The notes beneath the pieces were generated by a model. That model saw only the letters and a program-made list of their open reading frames with translations, had not been told where the DNA came from and searched no databases. A stretch of 64,000 nucleotides of DNA from Actinomycetota bacterium (GTDB taxonomy: Bacteria; Actinomycetota; Actinomycetes; Propionibacteriales; Nocardioidaceae), in the NCBI GenBank assembly GCA_046735295.1, contig JBKPTA010000006.1:26074-90073 (forward strand), given 5' to 3'. Within the stretch, counting starts at the first letter, position 1, and each line of letters opens with the position of its first letter. The position numbers and the translations under genes are program-made. Shown here piece after piece: positions 48,222-55,098 of this stretch.

Positions 48222-50015
48222 ATGCCCGGCTGGCAGGATGGGCTCGTGCCGACGCCCCAACACTGCCCGTCGCCGCGGGAGCTGGCCGACCTCGAGCTCC
48301 TCACTGGCGGAGCCCTGGCGCCGCTCTCCGGCTTCAACGAGCCGGGTTCCCCGGTGACCCTGGACCTGCCTGAGGAGCTGGCGGGCCAGGAGGTCGAGCT
48401 GGTCGACCCGGAGGGGCTGCCCCTGGCCACACTGAGGCCCGACGGGTCCGTCGTGGCGTTGACCCACGCCCAGCACGGGCCCTTCCGCCGGCTCCACCTC
48501 ACCCCGGCCCAGACCCGCGAGCGTCACGCGGGCGCGACGTTCGTGCCGGTGGTGGACGCGCTGACGGAGGCGGAGCTCGAGCGCTTGCGATCGGTCGGCG
48601 GGCCGTTGGTCCTTCTGGCGCTCACCGGACCCGGCACCCCCGACCTCTCGCCGGTGGCACTGCTCCGGGCCTCGCTCGCCGCGGCGCGGCACCTCCCCGA
48701 CGCGTCCGTGGTCGCCGTACCGCTGGCCGCGCACGGCGATCCCGAGACCGACCACGAGCTCGGGCTGCGCGTCGTCGCGGCGTACGCCGGGCCCGACAGG
48801 GTGCTCGCCCTGGGGGACGCCGAGGGCGACTATCCCGACGACGTCGCGGCGATCGTCGACGCCGACCAGCCGACACCGGAACGTCGTGGGCTGGTGCTGT
48901 TCTTCACCGGTCTCTCCGGCAGTGGCAAGTCCACCGTCGCCCAGGCTGTGATCGACGCCCTCCTCGAGGCCGGGGAGCGCTCGGTGACCAGCCTGGACGG
49001 CGATGTCGTGCGCCGGCACCTGTCGGCGGGGCTCGGCTTCAGCCGCGAGGACCGCGAGACCAACATCCGCCGCATCGGCTGGGTCGCCGCCGAGATCTCC
49101 CGGCACGGCGGGGTCGCGGTCTGCAGCCCGATCGCACCGTTCGACACCACCCGGCAGGACGTCCGCGCGATGACGGAGACCGCAGGCGGTGCGTTCTTCC
49201 TCGTGCACGTCGCCACCCCGCTCGAGGAGTGCGAGCGGCGCGACCGCAAGGGCCTCTACGCGAAGGCCAGGCGCGGGGAGATCCCCGACTTCACCGGCAT
49301 CTCCTCGCCGTATGAGGAGCCGGCGGACGCCGACGTCCGGATGGACACGACGGGGCGCTCGGTCGAGGACTGTCGGGACGAGGTCCTCGCCGCGTTGGGC
49401 AAGGCCGGCTTCATCTCCGCCGGCGAGCCCCCGACCGGAGCCGCGGACGAGGACCCCATCCGGGTGCTGTTCGTATGCACGGCCAACATCTGCCGGTCGC
49501 CGTACCTGGAGCTCCGAGCGCGGCAGCTCCTGGGCGATGACGCCGGGGTGGAGGTCAGCAGCGCCGGGACGCGCGGGTTCGACGCTGAGCCGGTCAGCGA
49601 CACCATGGACCTCGAGTTCGCCCGGTTCGGCACCGACACGGCTGCCTTCCGCAGCCGACTGGTGACCGGCGCCCTGATCGACGAGGCCGACCTGGTGCTC
49701 ACCGCCGAGGCGTCGCACCGAGCCCGTCTGCTCGAGGAGCGCCCCACGGCCTTCCGCAAGACCTTCACGCTCGGGCAGTTCGTGGCGAGCGCCCAGGCGG
49801 TCGACCCGTCGCTCCGGGGGCGGGACCTGATCACGGCACTGAAGAGCCGGCGGGTGCCGGCCTCCCCCGACCACGACATCGCCGATCCCTATCGGCGCGG
49901 CCCCGAGGAGGCCCGGCGTGCCGCGGTCACCATGGAGGCCATGCTGGAGGTCCTGGTGGAGCGACTGCGCCGGATCCCCCAGGTCGGGGATTCCCCTGAC
50001 CCCGTGACACAGTAG
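48222..50015 (+). CDS. cysC: three-domain fusion: degenerate ATP-sulfurylase-like domain / adenylyl-sulfate (APS) kinase / low-molecular-weight protein-tyrosine phosphatase
   Basis: The N-terminus has ELADLELLTGGALAPLSGF (PUA-like sulfurylase N-domain) but lacks the QTRNPxHRxH and GRDHAG motifs. The middle is LVLFFTGLSGSGKSTVAQAV...LDGDVVR...FSREDRETNIRRIGWVAAE (CysC). The C-terminus is IRVLFVCTANICRSPYLE...DIADPYRRG (CX5R(S/T) P-loop plus DPY). The start is ATG 48222 or GTG 48246. Confidence 0.8.
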   Translation: MPGWQDGLVPTPQHCPSPRELADLELLTGGALAPLSGFNEPGSPVTLDLPEELAGQEVELVDPEGLPLATLRPDGSVVALTHAQHGPFRRLHLTPAQTRERHAGATFVPVVDALTEAELERLRSVGGPLVLLALTGPGTPDLSPVALLRASLAAARHLPDASVVAVPLAAHGDPETDHELGLRVVAAYAGPDRVLALGDAEGDYPDDVAAIVDADQPTPERRGLVLFFTGLSGSGKSTVAQAVIDALLEAGERSVTSLDGDVVRRHLSAGLGFSREDRETNIRRIGWVAAEISRHGGVAVCSPIAPFDTTRQDVRAMTETAGGAFFLVHVATPLEECERRDRKGLYAKARRGEIPDFTGISSPYEEPADADVRMDTTGRSVEDCRDEVLAALGKAGFISAGEPPTGAADEDPIRVLFVCTANICRSPYLELRARQLLGDDAGVEVSSAGTRGFDAEPVSDTMDLEFARFGTDTAAFRSRLVTGALIDEADLVLTAEASHRARLLEERPTAFRKTFTLGQFVASAQAVDPSLRGRDLITALKSRRVPASPDHDIADPYRRGPEEARRAAVTMEAMLEVLVERLRRIPQVGDSPDPVTQ

Positions 50016-50021
50016 ATCTCT

Positions 50022-50053
50022 CTTGCCCGACCTTCTCTGGAAGGACCGCGCCC
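50022..50053 (+). promoter_or_regulatory. conserved 32-nt leader, copy 1 (hairpin CCTTC-tctg-GAAGG overlapping the SD)
   Basis: cttgcccgaccttctCtggaaggaccgcgccc lies immediately 5' of the tauE-1 ATG. It matches copy 2 at 31 of 32 positions, and the single difference is in the loop. Confidence 0.4.
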
Positions 50054-51094
50054 ATGGGCAGCTGGCTCACGGCTGACGCCGCGTCGATCGTCGTCGCCGG
50101 CTTCCTCGTGGGCATCGTGGTCGGACTGACCGGGATGGGCGGCGGTGCGCTGATGACGCCCGCGCTGATCTTCCTCGGCGTGGGGGACGCGTCGGCGGTG
50201 GTCACCGCCGACCTCACCGCGGCCGCCATCTCGCGGACCGCGGGCGCCGCCACCCACGCGCGACACGGCTCGCCCAACATGGTGCTCGCCAAGTGGCTGA
50301 TCGTGGGGTCGGTGCCGGCCGCCCTGATCGGGCCCTGGCTCATCCACGGGATCGCGGGAGGCGACCACGACGCCGTCGACCGGCTCCTCATGGAGTGCAT
50401 CGGGTTCGCTCTGCTCTTCGCGGCCACAACGTACGCACTGCGGATCTATCTCAACCTGCGGCGTAGCAACGACGAGAGCGCACACGCCGACCCCGATCCG
50501 CCGATCCGCCCGCTGCTCACGCTGACCGTCGGGGCCCTCGGTGGTCTGCTCGTCGGCATCACCAGCGTCGGCGCGGGGTCGGTGATCATGGTCGCGCTGC
50601 TGACGCTCTACCCCGGGCTCTCCCCGGTGAAGCTGGTCGGCACCGATCTGGTGCAGGCGGTTCCTCTCGTCCTGGCTGCGGCCACGTCGAACATCGTGAT
50701 CCACGGGCTGGACTGGCACATCCTGCTCCCGCTCGTCCTGGGGTCCACGCCGGGCACCGTGCTCGGCTCTCGGCTCGCGCCGAAGGTCCCGCAGTCCTTC
50801 ATCCGGCGCGGCATCGTCGTGGTGCTGACGATGTCGGGCGTCGCGCTCCTGGACAAGTCCGGATGGGCTCCACTCGGCTCCGGCAAGGACGACACCCATC
50901 CGCTGCTGGTAGGCGTGGTCGGCCTTGCCATGGTCGTGCTCGTCCCGCTGGTCTGGGGCCTGATCCGGCGTACCGAGGGCCTCCCGATGTTCGGCGCCCC
51001 GACGGTGGCCCAGCTCGAGGGCGACAACTCGGGGCGTCATGCGCCGACACCCGCTTTCGAAGACCCCTCACGCGACGAGTCCCAGGTCACCTGA
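50054..51094 (+). CDS. TauE/SafE-family (DUF81) anion exporter, paralog 1
   Basis: VVGLTGMGGGALMTPALIFLG and the second-half repeat LLVGITSVGAGSVIMVALL are present. The protein is 346 aa with an extra C-terminal TM helix and tail. Confidence 0.85.
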   Translation: MGSWLTADAASIVVAGFLVGIVVGLTGMGGGALMTPALIFLGVGDASAVVTADLTAAAISRTAGAATHARHGSPNMVLAKWLIVGSVPAALIGPWLIHGIAGGDHDAVDRLLMECIGFALLFAATTYALRIYLNLRRSNDESAHADPDPPIRPLLTLTVGALGGLLVGITSVGAGSVIMVALLTLYPGLSPVKLVGTDLVQAVPLVLAAATSNIVIHGLDWHILLPLVLGSTPGTVLGSRLAPKVPQSFIRRGIVVVLTMSGVALLDKSGWAPLGSGKDDTHPLLVGVVGLAMVVLVPLVWGLIRRTEGLPMFGAPTVAQLEGDNSGRHAPTPAFEDPSRDESQVT

Positions 51095-51135
51095 CGCCGC
51101 CCCTCCCCAGGATGGGGGGTCCTCGGCGCGTCATC

Positions 51136-51163
51136 TCGACAAACTCGTTTCATTCAGTAGAAT
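51136..51163 (+). promoter_or_regulatory. candidate sigma-A-type promoter for tauE paralog 2
   Basis: TCGACA, a 16-nt spacer and TAGAAT lie in a conspicuously AT-rich 40-nt island (caaactcgtttcattcagtagaattaagtg). This places a TSS near the start of the conserved leader. Confidence 0.35.
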
Positions 51164-51170
51164 TAAGTGT

Positions 51171-51202
51171 CTTGCCCGACCTTCTGTGGAAGGACCGCGC
51201 CC
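51171..51202 (+). promoter_or_regulatory. conserved 32-nt leader, copy 2
   Basis: cttgcccgaccttctGtggaaggaccgcgccc lies immediately 5' of the tauE-2 ATG. Confidence 0.4.
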
Positions 51203-52243
51203 ATGGGTGACTGGCTCACTGCTGACTTCTACTCGATCATCGTCGCTGCGTTCTGTGTCGGCACGGTCGTCGGACTGACCGGGATGGGGGGAGGCGCCCT
51301 GATGACGCCGGCCCTGATCTTCCTGGGCGTCGGCGACGCCTCCACGGTGGTGACCGCCGACCTCACCGCCTCCGCGATCTACAAGACCGGTGGGGCAGTG
51401 ACCCACGCCCGCGAGGGCAAGCCCAACTGGGAGCTGGCCCGGTGGCTGGTCCTCGGCTCGGTTCCGTTCGCTCTTGCCGGACCCTGGGTGATCCATCGGA
51501 TCGCCGGGTCGGGCGACGACCTCGACACGCTCCTGAAGCTGTGCATCGGGTTCGCGCTGCTGTTCGCAGCGTCGACGTACGCCCTCCGCCTGGTGATCAA
51601 CCTGCACCGCTCGCGGCGCGGCGGCGCGACGCCGGACCCCGACCCCAGGATCCGGCCCCTCGTCACGGTCGCCGTCGGCGCGCTCGGTGGCCTGCTGGTC
51701 GGCATCACCAGCGTCGGGTCCGGGTCGGTGATCATGATCGCGCTGGTCATGCTCTACCCCGGCCTCTCGCCCCTGCGGCTGGTCGGCACGGACCTGGTCC
51801 AGGCCGTTCCGCTCGTGGCAGCAGCGGCGATCTCGAACATCGCCCTGAACGGGCTCGACTGGCACCTCCTGGTGCCGCTGCTGCTCGGCTCCGTGCCGGG
51901 CTCGATCCTCGGGAGCCACATCGCCCCCCGGGTTCGGCAGTCCTACATCCGTCGTGGGATCGTGATCGTGCTCACCATGTCTGGCCTCGCCCTGCTCGAC
52001 AAGGCGGGCTGGGCGCCGTTGGGCGCGGGCGACGACCAGACCCACCCGGAGCTCGTCGCCCTGGTCGGGCTCGTGATGGTGGCCGTGCTGCCGTTCATCT
52101 GGGGGCTGATCCGCAGGGCGGAGGGCCTGCCCATGTTCGGGTCGCCGACGGTGGCCGAGCTCGAGGGTGAGCCGCTGCCGGAGCCGGCGCCGGCGCCGAC
52201 CGAGTCACCCGTCGTCAGTCACGATCAGGCCCAGGTCCCGTAG
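51203..52243 (+). CDS. TauE/SafE-family (DUF81) anion exporter, paralog 2
   Basis: It has the same length (346 aa) and architecture as paralog 1 and is clearly homologous along its full length, with many synonymous and non-synonymous differences. Confidence 0.85.
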   Translation: MGDWLTADFYSIIVAAFCVGTVVGLTGMGGGALMTPALIFLGVGDASTVVTADLTASAIYKTGGAVTHAREGKPNWELARWLVLGSVPFALAGPWVIHRIAGSGDDLDTLLKLCIGFALLFAASTYALRLVINLHRSRRGGATPDPDPRIRPLVTVAVGALGGLLVGITSVGSGSVIMIALVMLYPGLSPLRLVGTDLVQAVPLVAAAAISNIALNGLDWHLLVPLLLGSVPGSILGSHIAPRVRQSYIRRGIVIVLTMSGLALLDKAGWAPLGAGDDQTHPELVALVGLVMVAVLPFIWGLIRRAEGLPMFGSPTVAELEGEPLPEPAPAPTESPVVSHDQAQVP

Positions 52244-52455
52244 GCGGGCGGTGAGCTGACGGACATCGGCGGCGACCACGTCGACGGAGACCTCGAAGGC
52301 CTCGGCGAGATCGGCGACGATCTCGGACTCGGTTCGATCGCCGTCGACGCAGGCTCCGACCTGGGCCCTGGGCCCTCGACGACGTACGGCGGCCGCTCGG
52401 GGTGGTCGAGATCGAGAACCACCGCACGCTCCGGGGGAGGCGACGTAGGCTGCAC
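52205..52455 (-). pseudogene. PqqD-family (RRE-type peptide chaperone)-like gene, reading frame broken once
   Basis: The C-terminal frame reads ...CVDGDRTESEIVADLAEAFEVSVDVVAADVRQLTARLRDLGLIVTDDG, a PqqD-like three-helix region. A different upstream frame reads VQPTSPPPERAVVLDLDHPERPPYVVEG, PqqD-like beta-strands. The frames meet at the duplicated heptamer 52361-52374. Confidence 0.5.
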
Positions 52456-52598
52456 ACGGAGTCCGGCGCCAGACCGTCGATCCGGCGCCCGGTCCGGCAC
52501 CCCGGCTCGCGGTCTCGGCCACGCGCCGAGTTTAGGCGGGGGCGCATCCGCCGTTAGCATGTTCGCTGCTGTTCCCACCGAGAGGCACCCACACCCAG

Positions 52599-53522
52599 AT
52601 GACGTCCGCTCCAGCGACCCATGCCGACTACCAGCTGAGCCAGCTCGACCAGCTCGAGGCGGAGTCGGTCCACATCTTCCGTGAGGCCGCGGCCGAGTTC
52701 GAGAAGCCGGCCCTGATGTTCTCCGGCGGCAAGGACTCCATCGTCATGCTGCGCCTGGCCGAGAAGGCTTTCTTCCCCGCGAAGATCCCCTTCCCCCTGG
52801 TGCAGATCGACACCGGCCTGGACTTCCCCGAGGTCATCGAGAACCGCGACCACTGGGTGAACCGGCTGGGCGTCCGGCTCGTGATCGCGAGCATCGACGA
52901 GGCCATCCAGAACGGCGTGGTCGTCGACGACGGCAAGACCAGCCGCAACCGGCTGCAGACCGGCACGCTCCTGAACTGCATCGAGGAGAACGGCTTCACC
53001 GCGATGTTCGGCGGCGGTCGTCGCGACGAGGAGAAGGCCCGCGCCAAGGAACGCGTCTACTCCCACCGCGACGACTTCGGCCAGTGGGACCCCAAGAACC
53101 AGCGTCCCGAGCTGTGGAACCTCTACAACGGCAAGCTCCACGGCGGCGAGCACATGCGGGTCTTCCCCCTGTCGAACTGGACCGAGCTCGACATCTGGCA
53201 CTACCTCCGGCAGGAGGGTGTGGACCTGCCGTCGATCTACTTCGCCCACCAGCGACGCGTGTTCAAGCGTGACGGCATGTGGATGACGGAGAGCCCCCTG
53301 AACCCGCGCAAGCAGGGTGAGGAGGTCGTCGAGAGGACCGTGCGCTACCGCACCGTCGGCGACCTGACCCTGACCGGCGCGGTGGAGTCCGACGCGGACA
53401 CCATCGAGAAGATCATCGACGAGATCGCCATCGCCCGCGTCACCGAGCGCGGAGCGACCCGTGGCGACGACCGGTTCTCCGAGGCCGCCATGGAGGACCG
53501 GAAGAAGGAAGGCTACTTCTGA
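52599..53522 (+). CDS. cysD: sulfate adenylyltransferase subunit 2
   Basis: LMFSGGKDSIVMLRLA (PP-loop) ...RVFPLSNWTELDIWHY... Confidence 0.95.
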   Translation: MTSAPATHADYQLSQLDQLEAESVHIFREAAAEFEKPALMFSGGKDSIVMLRLAEKAFFPAKIPFPLVQIDTGLDFPEVIENRDHWVNRLGVRLVIASIDEAIQNGVVVDDGKTSRNRLQTGTLLNCIEENGFTAMFGGGRRDEEKARAKERVYSHRDDFGQWDPKNQRPELWNLYNGKLHGGEHMRVFPLSNWTELDIWHYLRQEGVDLPSIYFAHQRRVFKRDGMWMTESPLNPRKQGEEVVERTVRYRTVGDLTLTGAVESDADTIEKIIDEIAIARVTERGATRGDDRFSEAAMEDRKKEGYF

Positions 53523-54820
53523 TGCCCGAGCTGTCCTCCGTGATGGAGAAGCACCCCGGACGACCGCCGATGGACCTACTGCGGTTCGCGACCGCGGGGT
53601 CGGTCGACGACGGCAAGTCCACGCTGATCGGGCGCCTGCTGCTCGACTCCAAGTCGATCTTCGAGGACCAGCTGGAGGCCGTCGAGGCCACCAGCCACTC
53701 CCGCGGCTACGACTACACGGACCTGGCCCTGCTCACCGACGGCCTGCGCTCGGAGCGCGAGCAGGGCATCACCATCGACGTGGCCTACCGCTACTTCGCG
53801 ACGCCGACCCGCAAGTTCATCATCGCCGACACCCCCGGGCACATCCAGTACACCCGGAACATGGTGACCGGCGCCTCCACCGCCGACCTCGGCCTGGTGC
53901 TCGTCGACGCCCGGCACGGCCTGACCGAGCAGAGCCGTCGTCACGCCGTGCTGCTGTCGCTCCTCCGGGTGCCCCACCTGGTGCTGGCCATCAACAAGAT
54001 GGACCTCGTCGACTGGTCGGAGGAGACCTACGAGCGGATCCACGCGGAGTTCACCCAGTTCGCGACGAAGCTGTCGATCCCGGACCTCGAGGTCATCCCG
54101 ATCTCCGCACTCAAGGGTGACAACGTCGTGACCAGGTCAGAGAACACACCCTGGTACCACGGCCCGACCCTGATGCATCACCTGGAGCACGTCCACGTCG
54201 CCTCCGACCGCGACCTGGTCGACACCCGCTTCCCGGTGCAGTACGTCGTACGCCCGAAGAGCGACGAGTTCCACGACTACCGCGGGTACGCCGGACAGGT
54301 CGCCGGCGGCGTCCTCAAGAAGGGCGACGAGGTGATCGTCCTGCCCAGCGGGATGACCTCGACGATCGAGGGCATCGACCTGTTCGACCAGGAGATCAAC
54401 GAGGCGTTCCCGCCGATGTCGGTCACCGTGCGGCTCGCCGACGACGTCGACGTGAGCCGCGGCGACCTGATCGCCCGGGTCAAGAACGCCCCGAAGCCGA
54501 GCCAGGACATCGACGCGATGCTCTGCTGGATGACCACCGAGCCACTCCGTCCGCGCCAGAAGCTCGCGATCAAGCACACGACCCGGATGGGTCGCGCCCT
54601 GGTCAAGGACATCCAGTACCGCCTCGACGTGAACTCGCTGCACCGTGACCAGGACACCAAGGAGCTGGGCCTCAACGAGATCGGCCGCGTACAGCTGCGC
54701 ACCACCGTGCCGCTGCTGTGCGACCCCTACTCGAAGAACCGCACCACGGGCTCCTTCATCCTCATCGACGAGGCCACCGGGGTCACCGTCGGCGCGGGCA
54801 TGATCAACTCCGGCGCCTGA
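53522..54820 (+). CDS. cysN: sulfate adenylyltransferase subunit 1 (GTPase), without a fused APS-kinase domain
   Basis: LLRFATAGSVDDGKSTLIGRLL, DTPGHIQYTRNM and NKMD are present. At 432 aa it ends after the EF-Tu-like domains. Confidence 0.95.
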   Translation: MPELSSVMEKHPGRPPMDLLRFATAGSVDDGKSTLIGRLLLDSKSIFEDQLEAVEATSHSRGYDYTDLALLTDGLRSEREQGITIDVAYRYFATPTRKFIIADTPGHIQYTRNMVTGASTADLGLVLVDARHGLTEQSRRHAVLLSLLRVPHLVLAINKMDLVDWSEETYERIHAEFTQFATKLSIPDLEVIPISALKGDNVVTRSENTPWYHGPTLMHHLEHVHVASDRDLVDTRFPVQYVVRPKSDEFHDYRGYAGQVAGGVLKKGDEVIVLPSGMTSTIEGIDLFDQEINEAFPPMSVTVRLADDVDVSRGDLIARVKNAPKPSQDIDAMLCWMTTEPLRPRQKLAIKHTTRMGRALVKDIQYRLDVNSLHRDQDTKELGLNEIGRVQLRTTVPLLCDPYSKNRTTGSFILIDEATGVTVGAGMINSGA

Positions 54821-54824
54821 CCCC

Positions 54825-54934
54825 GTTGAGTTGGCCCTCCGGGCGCGTTGAGTTGGCCCTCCCGGCCCGTTGAGTTGGCCTTCCGGGCGCGTTGAGTTGG
54901 CCCTCCCGGCCCGTTGAGTTGGCCTTCCGGGCCC
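54825..54934. repeat. 5 x 22-bp head-to-tail tandem repeat (GTTGAGTTGGCC[C/T]TCC[G/C]GGC[G/C]C)
   Basis: Units start at 54825, 54847, 54869, 54891 and 54913, an exact 22-nt period. Units 2 and 4 are identical. The array begins 4 nt after the cysN stop. Confidence 0.95.
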
Positions 54935-54965
54935 AGGTCCACACCGCAAGAGCCAAGTGAACGAG

Positions 54966-54984
54966 CCCGGAGGGCCAACTCAAC
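54966..54984. repeat. single inverted copy of the 22-bp unit (CCCGGAGGGCCAACTCAAC)
   Basis: It is the perfect reverse complement of the first 19 nt of unit 1. It can pair with any of the five direct units. Confidence 0.9.
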
Positions 54985-55098
54985 AGGTCAGCCGAGCTTC
55001 CAGAGCTTCCAGACGGACGCGCGGCGGATCACCTACTCTGGAACATCGCACCCCGGGGGGTCCAGGAACCCGCGAGACCGCTCGGGGAGGAGCCGTTC

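Noticed and set aside
51095-51130. Small hairpin CCCC-aggat-GGGG after tauE-1 as an intrinsic terminator
   Set aside because: The stem is only 4-5 bp and the U-tract is poor, which is too weak to call. It is mentioned only as context for the tandem duplication.
52225-52578. The 117-aa and 110-aa minus-strand ORFs as independent genes
   Set aside because: Only short parts of two frames carry PqqD-like sequence. The rest is Pro/Arg/Ser-rich. The better interpretation is one frame-broken PqqD-like gene.
52523-52598. Riboswitch (for example SAM-type) upstream of cysD
   Set aside because: The leader is only about 75-140 nt, and I could not find the conserved helices or cores of SAM-I, SAM-IV or other sulfur-related riboswitches by eye. 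This needs an Rfam/Infernal scan to exclude formally.
54727-54978. Minus-strand ORFs through the 22-bp array encoding repeated GQLNGPGGPTQRA peptides
   Set aside because: The periodic peptide is only a by-product of the DNA repeat; 22 nt is not a multiple of 3, so the motif drifts between frames. There is no start context and the ORFs overlap the cysN 3' end.
54825-54984. Possible CRISPR array
   Set aside because: The units are directly adjacent with no spacers, are only 22 bp long, and no cas genes occur in the window. It is a tandem repeat, not CRISPR.
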